From the NCBI GenBank assembly GCA_017461945.1, contig JAFTSB010000061.1:1966-65965 (forward strand): DNA of 64,000 nt, given 5' to 3'. The DNA comes from Clostridia bacterium. Lineage in GTDB: Bacteria > Bacillota > Clostridia > Oscillospirales > CAG-272. The notes under the pieces were generated by a model, which saw only the letters and a program-made list of their open reading frames with translations, was not told the DNA's origin and did no database searches. How positions within the stretch are numbered: position 1 is the first letter of the stretch; every line of letters starts with the position of its first letter. Made by a program: the position numbers and the translations under genes. Positions 1 to 8,790 of the stretch are shown here, piece after piece.

Positions 1-39
1 CGTCGCCTTGGGGAAAACCGGCACATGGAGTGTATTCAT
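1..39 (-). CDS. 5' end (13 codons) of an unidentified CDS that continues past the left edge
   Basis: ATG at 39-37 on the minus strand, with GAGGAGG (46-52) 6 nt upstream. It reads MNTLHVPVFPKAT and stays open to position 1. Too short to name. Confidence 0.35.
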   Translation of the reverse strand, partial: MNTLHVPVFPKAT

Positions 40-525
40 AGCAATCCTCCTCAATAAGATGTAACAAAATTATTATAGCATCGGCGCGTGATAAAAGCAA
101 TACGTTGCGCAATTTTTAATACAATAGCAAAAAACTTGTCCGCGTGGTGACATTACTGTTGGAATCAGGTTCCGGTGTGTTATGATAAAAACAAACAATC
201 TTTGATTTTCTCTGTGTTGTGGCGGCCTGTACAAGGGGCATCGATATTTCCAAGGCATCCGCCACGGGTCGGTGGCGGATGCGCCTCGCGCGGCTTGAAT
301 ATGGATAAAGATTTGAATATCGTTCATTTATATCGAGTCCATTCTGATTTCTGTAGAGGAAAATCACCAAGGGCCAAAAGAGACAAAAACACACATACGG
401 TGCGGTGTTTTCCCATCTTTTTCTAAAATGTTTAATCTTTTGTGACAATATCTCGGATGCTATTGCATTTCGATTGGACTTATGATATAATAGCAATCGA
501 ATTTTGTAGAAAGGAAATTATCGCA

Positions 526-756
526 ATGAAAAAGATCATTTGCAAGGTGGAGTACGACACCGCGTGTGCGGAGCTGATCGCCAAGAAGACGGTTGGCGAA
601 TTTGGTGATCCTGCAGGCTTTGAGGAAAGCTTGTATAAGACCGAGGGAGGAAAACTTTTTCTGTACACCAATGGTGGCGCAGAGTCTCCTTACACCAAGG
701 AAAGCATCAAGCGTATGTCTGCTGCCAAAGCTGATGAGTGGCTGGCAAGCAAATAA
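526..756 (+). CDS. small hypothetical protein (76 aa)
   Basis: ATG at 526 (MKKIICKVEYDT...) follows AAGGAAA. The track ORF start at 442 has no RBS. A hairpin terminator follows. I recognise no family. Confidence 0.5.
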   Translation: MKKIICKVEYDTACAELIAKKTVGEFGDPAGFEESLYKTEGGKLFLYTNGGAESPYTKESIKRMSAAKADEWLASK

Positions 757-766
757 TTGCATAAAA

Positions 767-797
767 GAAGCCCCTGCAAAAAGCAGGGGCTTCTTTG
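767..797. terminator. bidirectional intrinsic terminator between convergent genes
   Basis: 11-bp stem GAAGCCCCTGC / GCAGGGGCTTC (767-777 / 783-793) with loop AAAAA. It is flanked by an A-run and a T-run. Confidence 0.8.
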
Positions 798-806
798 CGT
801 TTATTA

Positions 807-1691
807 TCATACTGTTGCAGTCTCGGGGATGCGAGCGTCCACACCGGCGGTCACACGATAGGAGGTTACATTCAAAACCGTTTCGCCGTCGATTTGCAGA
901 GCAGTGGGGCGGTCAAAGGTAACGGTGATATCCTTGCCGGTATGTACAGCCACCATTTCGGTGTGCTTGATGTGCTCACCCTTGAAAATAGAGGGGAATA
1001 CCATCAAGGTTTTGATCTTGCCCTTGCCGTACATCATAACCAGCGTATTCTCTCGTGCTTCGTTCAGGCGGTCCTGGTTAGGGGCAGTCATCATGCCGCC
1101 ACCGTAATAGCGGCCATTCATCGTGGCAGCGATCCACGCTTTTTTGTAAGTGTGAGAGACACCGTCCACCGTTACGGTGGCCAGGGTAGGCTTGTAATGG
1201 AACAACAGACCCTTGATGGCGATGGCGGTGTAATTAACGGGTTTATCAGAAGCGGCCTTTAGCTTGTCGCCCACCTCACAGCAGTAGCCGTCAATGCCAA
1301 AGCCAATGCCGTTGAGAAAACGGTAGCGCTTACCCCTAACTTCTACAATAGGGAGGTTGGTCAGATATTCGTTGATACGGAAGGGCTTGCAGCCAGCCTC
1401 CTTGCCCAGATCCTTCAAAAAGTCGTTGCCGGTTCCCACGGCAGAATATTGAATCTCAAAGGGAATCTCAAGGCCATCTGTAGCATTGGCAAAGCGGTTG
1501 ATGGTACCATCGCCGCCGCAAAGAATCAGCACGTCGTCAACCGAAAGCGGAGCCAAAAAGGCCTTGTAATCTTCAATCTTGGTGATGTTGAAAAGGGAAA
1601 CCTCACCTTGGCAGTCGGCTGCAAGACGCTTGGCCTCGTTTTCGCCGTTTTTGGTTCCGGCAAGGGGGTTGTAAAGAATATATGTTTTCAT
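807..1691 (-). CDS. diacylglycerol/lipid kinase family protein (YegS/BmrU-like)
   Basis: MKTYILYNPLAGT N-terminus and the GGDGT motif (LILCGGDGTINRF) of the DAGK catalytic domain. ATG at 1691 has a GGAGA RBS. The track extension to 1805 lacks one. Confidence 0.85.
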   Translation of the reverse strand: MKTYILYNPLAGTKNGENEAKRLAADCQGEVSLFNITKIEDYKAFLAPLSVDDVLILCGGDGTINRFANATDGLEIPFEIQYSAVGTGNDFLKDLGKEAGCKPFRINEYLTNLPIVEVRGKRYRFLNGIGFGIDGYCCEVGDKLKAASDKPVNYTAIAIKGLLFHYKPTLATVTVDGVSHTYKKAWIAATMNGRYYGGGMMTAPNQDRLNEARENTLVMMYGKGKIKTLMVFPSIFKGEHIKHTEMVAVHTGKDITVTFDRPTALQIDGETVLNVTSYRVTAGVDARIPETATV

Positions 1692-1898
1692 ACGCTTTTC
1701 TCCCATTCTTTCACAGTTTACAAATTTATTATAACACGATGAAAAAAGTGAGAAAATAGGCAAAAATAAAAAAGTGTCTGATGAAAAAAGGTGTAAAAAC
1801 GCCAAGATGTTTTGTTTTTTCTCTATACAAAATTAAAAAAATATGATAAAATAGATACAGAAATTACTTATTTGTCACTTACTGACAGGAGGAGAACT

Positions 1899-2756
1899 AT
1901 GCAACATCGTGTTGTGATTGCCAGCGACAGCACTTGTGATCTGAATCCGGAGCTGATGCAGCGCTACGATGTCAAAATCGTGCCGCTGACCGTCCACTTG
2001 GGGAATGACCAATATCGCGACGGCGTGGATATTGATCCCGATGCCATTTATCGTCATTATGAGCAATATCATGAGCTGCCCAAGACCGCAGCCCCCAATA
2101 TTGCTGATTTTCAGGCATTTTTTAGCGAGCAGGTCAAGGCAGGGAGTGGCGTGGTTATGTTCACCATCAGCGCCGAGATGTCCTCCACCTATAACAGCGC
2201 TCGCCTTGCTGCCGAGAACTTCGAGAATGTCTTTGTGATAGATACACGAAATCTCTCTACCGGTGGCGGGCTTTTGGTGTCTGCTGCGGGTGATATGGCT
2301 TTGAAGGGGCACTCTGCGGCCGAGATCGCCCAGGCTTGTCAAGGGCTGATCCCGTGCGTGGATGCTTCTTTTGTAGTAGACGATCTGGAGTTCCTTCACA
2401 AGGGAGGTCGCTGTTCGGCCGTGGCGGCTTTTGGCGCAAATTTGCTACAGCTAAAGCCCTGCATTTCGGTACATCAGGGCAAGATGGCTGTGGGCAAAAA
2501 GTATCGGGGCAAATTCGCCGCGGTGCTGAAAAAATACGTTGCCGATCGCATCGGGAATGGTGCTGATATTTCTTTGGACCGTATATTTGTAACACACGCC
2601 GGTTGTGACGAGGCGATCGTGGCCCAATGCGTAGAGCAGGTCAAGGCACTTGCCCCCTTCCGTGAGGTACAGGTGACGCGTGCCGGCTGCACGATTTCCT
2701 CCCATTGTGGGCGGAATACGTTGGGTGTTTTGTTTATGCGAAAATCTGCCAATTAA
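1899..2756 (+). CDS. DegV family fatty-acid-binding protein
   Basis: N-terminus VVIASDSTCDL and the overall length are typical of DegV. AGGAGG lies upstream of ATG 1899. Confidence 0.85.
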   Translation: MQHRVVIASDSTCDLNPELMQRYDVKIVPLTVHLGNDQYRDGVDIDPDAIYRHYEQYHELPKTAAPNIADFQAFFSEQVKAGSGVVMFTISAEMSSTYNSARLAAENFENVFVIDTRNLSTGGGLLVSAAGDMALKGHSAAEIAQACQGLIPCVDASFVVDDLEFLHKGGRCSAVAAFGANLLQLKPCISVHQGKMAVGKKYRGKFAAVLKKYVADRIGNGADISLDRIFVTHAGCDEAIVAQCVEQVKALAPFREVQVTRAGCTISSHCGRNTLGVLFMRKSAN

Positions 2757-2767
2757 GGAGATCTGAT

Positions 2768-3385
2768 ATGTGGCTTTCACAGGTAGCAGAGCTCTCGCAG
2801 TTAAGCGTGGAGCAAAAAAACAACATACTGTATGGTGAAATTGATGACACGGGCGTGAACGGCGATGTGATTTTGCTGCTGGGTTCCAAGCCTCCTTTTT
2901 GCCCGGAGCGTGCCCAAAAGGCTGCAGAACTTTATCACCAGGGCAGAGCGCCGTATATTATGCCATCGGGTGGCGTCACGTGGCAGTTGGGCAGCGGCGA
3001 GGTCATGAGCGAGGCACATTATATGAAGCGATTGCTGCTGGAGCTTGGTGTGCCGGAGAAAGCGATCCTTTTGGAAAATGAAGCCCGCACCACCAAAGAA
3101 AATCTGATTTACGGTGTGCTGCAGATCAATCGGGAGCTACAGCTCAAAAACGTCAAAACGATTCTGATTGCCACCTCTGCACAGCATATGCGGCGCAGTA
3201 TGGCCCTTACCAAATGGCTTTTGCCTCGCACCGTTACTGCGTGCCCTTGTCCAGCCTATACCGATCTGGACCGTCCCGATGCGTGGTATACGGATGCCGA
3301 AATCCGTCAGCGCGGCGAAACCAATCTTCGTCTTTTAAAAGGCTTGGTGGACGACGGCCTGGTCGATGACATTTCTTTTACATAA
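2768..3385 (+). CDS. YdcF/ElyC/SanA-like DUF218 protein
   Basis: GDVILLLGSKPP ... APYIMPSGG ... TTKENL pattern of DUF218. AAGGAG RBS before ATG 2768. Confidence 0.75.
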   Translation: MWLSQVAELSQLSVEQKNNILYGEIDDTGVNGDVILLLGSKPPFCPERAQKAAELYHQGRAPYIMPSGGVTWQLGSGEVMSEAHYMKRLLLELGVPEKAILLENEARTTKENLIYGVLQINRELQLKNVKTILIATSAQHMRRSMALTKWLLPRTVTACPCPAYTDLDRPDAWYTDAEIRQRGETNLRLLKGLVDDGLVDDISFT

Positions 3386-3390
3386 AAGCA

Positions 3391-3435
3391 AAAGCACCGC
3401 GGCCTTGTATCAAGGCCGCGGTGCTTTGAATTTTT
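3391..3435 (+). terminator. intrinsic terminator after the DUF218 gene
   Basis: 17-bp stem AAAGCACCGCGGCCTTG / CAAGGCCGCGGTGCTTT (3391-3407 / 3411-3427), followed by GAATTTTT. Confidence 0.8.
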
Positions 3436-3460
3436 GGATACGTGTTGCATTTTTGGAATA

Positions 3461-3634
3461 TTACCCCAATCTGCGCTCCTTTAAGGTGGTGAATTCCTTT
3501 ACACCTCCGTCAGTTTCATGATCGGTCAGCGCCAAGGCGTGATAGCCAAGAGATTTGCCAATCAGCACCAACTGCATGGGGGTCAGCTGTGAATCGGAGT
3601 AAGTAGAGTGCAAATGAAGATTTGCAAATTTCAT
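3461..3634 (-). pseudogene. 57-codon ORF encoding only the N-terminal ~55 aa of a PHP-domain phosphoesterase (truncated remnant or mini-ORF)
   Basis: My own translation: MKFANLHLHSTYSDSQLTPMQLVLIGKSLGYHALALTDHETDGGVKEFTTLKERRLG*. The HxH...SD and TDH motifs are the first PHP metal-binding motifs. GGGAGGAA RBS is present. The ORF is absent from the track because it is under 60 aa. Confidence 0.45.
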
Positions 3635-3658
3635 GGGGTTTCCTCCCGGAGCTTGTTT

Positions 3659-3925
3659 TTAAGCGATCAACGCCAAAAATACGATCAACGCGACCTGCCA
3701 CAACACACCAATGATGTTGACGGCAACAAAGTACCAGTGCTTGGTTTTGTGGCGGAACAAAAGCATGGCTGCCGAGCCGCCGATGGCACCACCAAGAAAG
3801 GACCACAGCAAAAGCACCTTTTCGGGAATGCGCCATTGGCCGCGCTTGGCCTTGCGCTTATCTGCCCCATACAGAGCAAAGGCCACCAAGGACATAACGG
3901 CAAAAACAATGATTGCAATTTTCAT
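3659..3925 (-). CDS. DUF1294 small membrane protein
   Basis: MKIAIIVFAV... ADKRKAKRGQWRIPE ... GGAIGG ... FRHKTKHWYF matches the DUF1294 pattern. AAGGAGG RBS before ATG 3925. Confidence 0.7.
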   Translation of the reverse strand: MKIAIIVFAVMSLVAFALYGADKRKAKRGQWRIPEKVLLLWSFLGGAIGGSAAMLLFRHKTKHWYFVAVNIIGVLWQVALIVFLALIA

Positions 3926-4035
3926 AGTTGAACCTCCTTGTCTTGATAAATTCAGTATAGCATAGGAATCCCCAAAAGGCAAGCCCTTTGCAAAAAATCA
4001 CGCCGGTCTGCAAGCTGGCAGATCGGCGTGATGCT

Positions 4036-4512
4036 TTAAAAAGAGATGCCGGCATGCTCGCGCCAAAAACGCAGCACCCATTGACGTGCGTATGCCAAAC
4101 CGCGATCACGGTAAATCGCGGCAATAATGGCCTCCAGATAGATGTCGTGATTGCCATATGGCAGTTTTGCATCACCGGGAGCTTCATCAGCAAAGTAGCG
4201 GTCGTTATAGGCATATTGCCAAAGGCCGGTTTTATCGCTGATGCGCTTCAGCGTGGTGTTTTGCTCCAAACGCAGCTTGCGAGCCGAGATCTCATCCTTG
4301 TCATAACCTTGGTCATACAGATACTCGGCCAGTATCAGTTTTAAAACGGTATCTCCCAGGGTGGCCATCGCATCGTTTGTATAGTCGTTGCGGCCTTCTT
4401 CTTTTTTGCAATACATCGCGTTTGACAAATGTTGAATATCGGAGTAGTCATATCCCAGCAGTCTTGCCAATTCTTGCATTTTTGTTTGGATTCTTTCTTG
4501 ACTGGGCATCAT
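4036..4512 (-). CDS. ribonuclease III catalytic-domain protein without a dsRNA-binding domain
   Basis: NDAMATLGDTVLKLILAEYLY aligns with the RNase III signature NERLEFLGD. The later DIYLEAIIAAIY aligns with D..E of the second acidic pair. At 158 aa it has no room for a dsRBD. Start is ATGATG at 4512. Confidence 0.7.
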   Translation of the reverse strand: MMPSQERIQTKMQELARLLGYDYSDIQHLSNAMYCKKEEGRNDYTNDAMATLGDTVLKLILAEYLYDQGYDKDEISARKLRLEQNTTLKRISDKTGLWQYAYNDRYFADEAPGDAKLPYGNHDIYLEAIIAAIYRDRGLAYARQWVLRFWREHAGISF

Positions 4513-4798
4513 GGTTTCCTTTCTGTTGCGCGGAAAGCGTGTCACGCCATTGCGCAGATTGCTACTATTTGATATTACCACATTTTTGCCGAAAATGCAA
4601 GTAAAAATAAAAAAAGAAATGCGCTCCAACTGCACGCTCGCAATAAAAAACACGCGCCTCACCCAAGAACTGGGTCGGGGCACGTGCTTTTCTTTTTATA
4701 ATCGTTTTTGCCGTGAAAAGCAAAAAAACGAGAAAGCGAATCGAATAAAATAGAATAATAATTGTAAAAATTGGAAAATAAGAAATGATATTTGGAAA

Positions 4799-5590
4799 TC
4801 AGTCAAAAGAGCGCTCCGGCGCATAGTCGAAGTTGCTCAATATCTGGCGAACGGCGCGCAGTACGGGTTGACTCTTGGTAGAAATTCTGTCGTGCTGTTG
4901 GACGCAAAGATACATGCAGCAGCCAAGCATCGGGCCGATCATACGGTGGAGCTTGTTATGCGAACCGCCGGATAGGAACAGAAAGGGAACCTTCAGCTCG
5001 TTTTTCAGCAGAGCTGTAATGCGCAGGTTTTCCAGCTCCTCTGCCTCAGAATTGGCGGCGGTGACGATCTTTACAATGTCGGCACCGCGGCGCACCTGCT
5101 CGTGGGCAATGCGCAGTACCTCCTCGGCGGGGGTGTATTTCAACACGTGGGAGGACATCAGCACCTCGCCCCCTGCCTCATGGATGCGGTCGATCAATCG
5201 GCGTTGCTTCTCAATGGCGGTAGTGTCCTCGGTCAGCTCCATGGGGTGCTGAGCGTATAGGTCGCCCATGACATCGCAAAGGGTGGCGCCCCACTTGACC
5301 AGCGTAACCAGCCCCTCACCAAGGTCATCATCGTTCAAAACATCCTTGTTGCGGCTACCGCGATAATTGGTGACATAAATGGGCTTGTTTTCCATATGGC
5401 GGAACACGCGCTTGATCTTGTCTTCTGTACGATGCTCGTGCTCGATCTTGCAATATTGAAAGCCATAGGCGTCAGCACCGTCAAAGGCGGCATTGCGCGC
5501 CGTAACAATGGCTTCTTCTGGGTCATGCGTCTGTATCATACAGCAAAGCAGGGGATTGCTCTGCCCCAAAAAGGTTGGCTTTTGATTCAT
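4799..5590 (-). CDS. type I 3-dehydroquinate dehydratase-like protein
   Basis: VLMSSHVLKYTP and GADIVKIVTAA align with E. coli AroD VVMSNHDFHKTP (catalytic His) and ADIPKIALMP (Schiff-base Lys). Confidence 0.65.
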   Translation of the reverse strand: MNQKPTFLGQSNPLLCCMIQTHDPEEAIVTARNAAFDGADAYGFQYCKIEHEHRTEDKIKRVFRHMENKPIYVTNYRGSRNKDVLNDDDLGEGLVTLVKWGATLCDVMGDLYAQHPMELTEDTTAIEKQRRLIDRIHEAGGEVLMSSHVLKYTPAEEVLRIAHEQVRRGADIVKIVTAANSEAEELENLRITALLKNELKVPFLFLSGGSHNKLHRMIGPMLGCCMYLCVQQHDRISTKSQPVLRAVRQILSNFDYAPERSFD

Positions 5591-5598
5591 AATTCACC

Positions 5599-6363
5599 TC
5601 ATGAATTGATGCGCTTCATAGCATCGCGGCCGCCGTCGATCATGATGTTCGCGCCATTGATGAACTGCCCCTTATCCGATGCGATAAAAAGGATCAGATC
5701 AATAATCTCCTGGGGGTCTGCAGCGCGGCCCAGCATAGTCTTCATATTGGCCATAGCGGCGCGGGTCAGAACGGGACCGGGAGAAACGCAAACACAGCGA
5801 ATACCGTGGGGAGCGCCGGCCTGTGCAATGGATTTGGTAAAGCCGTACATCAAAGCCGATTTGGCGGCAGGATAGTCGGGGCCCTTGCGGTCGCCCTCCG
5901 CACCGCTGATCGAGCCAATGTTTACGATGAGTCCGCTCTTTTGCTCTCGCATTTGCTTCATGACGGCGTGAGCGAAATAGAAGGGCCCCTTTAAATTGAC
6001 ATCCAGACCCCAGTCAAATACCTCGATAGGAAAGTCACAAAATTCCTTGTCTTTGGTGTCTACCTTCAGCATACGCAAGGAGTTGCCGCCTGCAAAATTG
6101 GCCATTACATCGATGCGCCCAAGTTCCAGAACAGCACGATCACGCGCGGCACAAACCTGCGCATAGTCGCGCACATCACAGAGAACGCCAACGGCCTTTC
6201 CGGCGCCTTTGGCGTTGATTTCAGTTACTTTTTCGGCAAGAACTGCCTCATTTACATCGCACATCAACACGTTGCCGCCCTCTGCGGCGAAGCACTGGGA
6301 AAAGAGAAGCCCCATACCCGAAGCAGCGCCGGTGGAGATGGCTACTTGATTTTGAAATCTCAT
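5599..6363 (-). CDS. SDR family oxidoreductase
   Basis: TGAASGMG glycine-rich motif and the YPAAK (YxxxK) active site. ATG 6363 has a GGAGG RBS. It lies 8 nt upstream of the AroD-like gene, so they are probably co-transcribed. Confidence 0.85.
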   Translation of the reverse strand: MRFQNQVAISTGAASGMGLLFSQCFAAEGGNVLMCDVNEAVLAEKVTEINAKGAGKAVGVLCDVRDYAQVCAARDRAVLELGRIDVMANFAGGNSLRMLKVDTKDKEFCDFPIEVFDWGLDVNLKGPFYFAHAVMKQMREQKSGLIVNIGSISGAEGDRKGPDYPAAKSALMYGFTKSIAQAGAPHGIRCVCVSPGPVLTRAAMANMKTMLGRAADPQEIIDLILFIASDKGQFINGANIMIDGGRDAMKRINS

Positions 6364-6528
6364 CTCAAGAACCTCCAATTCATAAAATGATCATCTTAAC
6401 TTTACAGCAGCAAAGGGCAAATGTCAACCACCAAAACCGATGTTATTTATCATTTCCGATGATTTTGCGGCGAAAAGCCTTGTGTTTATTGCCTTATTGG
6501 TGTATAATGAGGCAAGGGAGGTGATCGC

Positions 6529-7290
6529 TTGACACTCTTGGAGTATCTGATCATTACATCCGTGGATGAGGCTGTTACGGTCTACTCGGAAAAGGGGAAG
6601 GACCTTGATATCGTGAATCGCCAATATTTCGGCCTTTGCTTTTGCAAAAACGGTGAGATTGTATATACAAAAAATGGGCAAAAAACGGTATCGCATCCCG
6701 GCTGCGCGGTGATTTTGCCACTTGGGGGTAGCTATCACTTGGAACGCACCAAAACGGGGGAATTTCCGCTGATCAATTTCAGCTGCCAGGGCTTGGAGCC
6801 CAATCGCTTCTACAGCTTTCCGGTACGCAATGTCGAAAACTATTTGCACGATTACGAGATCCTGCGCGAACAACTTTTGCTGGGGCACAGCCGATTGCGC
6901 GCCTTGGAATTGCTCTATGGTATTTTTGACCGTTTGGAGCGCGAAACGGTCGAACGCAACGATGTTTTCGCGCCTATTCTTTCTTATGTAGAGGCGCATT
7001 ATGCCGATTCCCAGCTTTCCAACTCACTCCTTGCTGCCAAAGGAGGCATCAGCGAGGTCTATATGCGTCAGCTGTTTCGCGAACGCCTTGGTACCTCGCC
7101 AAGGCAGTATATTTTAGAGCTGCGTATGCAAAAGGCGAAGCAGATGCTATGCGAAGGACATTCAACGATTGGCACGGTTGCCGCCGCCTGCGGATTTGCT
7201 GCCATCTATCACTTTAGCCGTGCCTTCAAAAGCTTTACGGGGGAGTCCCCCTCCGACTATCGTAGGGCGCATAGAAGGGTACTTTTATAA
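6529..7290 (+). CDS. AraC family transcriptional regulator
   Basis: C-terminal AraC HTH (LGTSPRQYILELRMQKAKQML ... CGFAAIYHFSRAFKSFTGESPSDYRR). TTG start has an AGGGAGG RBS. It is divergent from the SDR/AroD-like pair. Confidence 0.8.
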   Translation: MTLLEYLIITSVDEAVTVYSEKGKDLDIVNRQYFGLCFCKNGEIVYTKNGQKTVSHPGCAVILPLGGSYHLERTKTGEFPLINFSCQGLEPNRFYSFPVRNVENYLHDYEILREQLLLGHSRLRALELLYGIFDRLERETVERNDVFAPILSYVEAHYADSQLSNSLLAAKGGISEVYMRQLFRERLGTSPRQYILELRMQKAKQMLCEGHSTIGTVAAACGFAAIYHFSRAFKSFTGESPSDYRRAHRRVLL

Positions 7291-7291
7291 C

Positions 7292-7322
7292 AAAAAATCC
7301 CGCACCGTGTGCGGGATTTTTT
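7292..7322. terminator. bidirectional intrinsic terminator
   Basis: ATCCCGCAC / GTGCGGGAT stem (7297-7305 / 7309-7317) flanked by A6 and T6, between convergent genes. Confidence 0.8.
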
Positions 7323-7331
7323 GTTATTTGC

Positions 7332-8693
7332 TTATTTTTGGTTGCTTGTCGCACCGATGACCTCGGGCTGTGTCTCGGACTCGGTAGCACAAGGGGAGGA
7401 TTGTGCAGCATGCTCTGCGGCAGGCACGGGGGATTCCAGCTTGCGGGCGCTGGTCTTACCCTCGGGCTTGATCTCGCCGGCCTTCATCAGAGAAATCTTG
7501 GTCAGCGTGGGGCCGATCAGCTCATAGATCAATACAGCAAATAGAGTGATCTGAGCAACGATAGCGCCGCCGTCGGCTAGATTTTGTGCTTTCATAGCCA
7601 TACCCAATGCCACACCGGCCTGGGGGAACAGCGTGATGCCCAGATATTTGACAATATTAGGCTCGCACTTGGTCAGCTTAGCGCTACTAAAGGCGCCCAC
7701 GTATTTGCCCAAACAGCGCGCCAGAACATAAACAACACCAATCACAACAATGGCCCAGTCAGTAAAGACCGAAAGCTCCAGCTCGGCGCCGCTTAATACA
7801 AAGAATAGAATGAAGATCGGTCCGGTCCAACGGTCCAGACGGTCCATCAGCTCTGCCGAGAAGTCGCAGATATTGCAGAAGATGGTGCCAAGCATCATGC
7901 AGGAAAGCAGGGGAGAGAATGCAACGTGAACGGGGCCGACATGAAAGCTGAGATTGGAAAGAGCCACCGTTACCAGCACAAAGGCCACAGACATCGAAAG
8001 ACGCTTGGAACGGGAATGGAAGAATCGCTCGCAGAAGGTAAAGAACAATCCCATCACAAAGCCGAGGGCAAGAGAGAGTACCACCTCCAGGATCGGTTCC
8101 AGCACGATAGAAAGCACGCTGACCGCACCGGTGGAGAAGGCGTTTGCAATGCCAAAGGAAATGGCGAAAAGCACAAGGCCGACAGCATCGTCCAGTGCCA
8201 CAACGGGGAGCAGAGTAGAGGTCAAGGGCCCCTTTGCTTTGTACTGACGGACAACCATCAGTGTGGCAGCAGGAGCCGTTGCGGCTGCCACCGAGCCCAG
8301 CACGATGGCGGCAGAAAGGCTCAGCTTATCGGGCATGATGAAATGCAACCCAATCAGCACGCCGTCAACCAGCAACGTGGTGACTACGGCCTGCAAAATA
8401 CCGATTACGGTGGCCTGCTTACCGATGTGCTTCAGCTCAGAGAGACGAAACTCGTTGCCGATGGAAAAGGCAATAAAGCCCAGTGCCACGTCGCAGATGA
8501 TCGAGTAATGCTCAACATCTGCCATGCTGATAAAGCCAAGGCCGGGAACGCCGAAAAGGCCAAGGCAATAAGGGCCGATCAGAATGCCCGCGATCAGATA
8601 GGCGGTTACAGCAGGGAGCTGCAGCTTTTTGGCCAGGCGCGAAAGCATCAGACCGGCAAACAATGCAATAGATAAAGCTAATAAAGTTTGCAT
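7332..8693 (-). CDS. cation:proton antiporter (CPA2/Kef-type Na+/H+ exchanger family)
   Basis: Polytopic hydrophobic protein of the Na_H_Exchanger type (LAKKLQLPAVTAYLIAGILIGP...). ATG 8693 follows GGAG. Confidence 0.85.
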   Translation of the reverse strand: MQTLLALSIALFAGLMLSRLAKKLQLPAVTAYLIAGILIGPYCLGLFGVPGLGFISMADVEHYSIICDVALGFIAFSIGNEFRLSELKHIGKQATVIGILQAVVTTLLVDGVLIGLHFIMPDKLSLSAAIVLGSVAAATAPAATLMVVRQYKAKGPLTSTLLPVVALDDAVGLVLFAISFGIANAFSTGAVSVLSIVLEPILEVVLSLALGFVMGLFFTFCERFFHSRSKRLSMSVAFVLVTVALSNLSFHVGPVHVAFSPLLSCMMLGTIFCNICDFSAELMDRLDRWTGPIFILFFVLSGAELELSVFTDWAIVVIGVVYVLARCLGKYVGAFSSAKLTKCEPNIVKYLGITLFPQAGVALGMAMKAQNLADGGAIVAQITLFAVLIYELIGPTLTKISLMKAGEIKPEGKTSARKLESPVPAAEHAAQSSPCATESETQPEVIGATSNQK

Positions 8694-8790
8694 GATGTAC
8701 TCCAAATGTATATTAAGATTATGAACTGTATAGCATCATAGCACTTTCCTGTGGGAAAGTCAAGGGAAAGGAGAAATTTCGTCGAAAAGA

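Noticed and set aside
255-300. GGGTCG…GGCGG string reminiscent of the ZTP (pfl) riboswitch
   Set aside because: Only a hexamer matches. The pseudoknot partner CCGCCTGGGC and the sub-domain architecture are absent.
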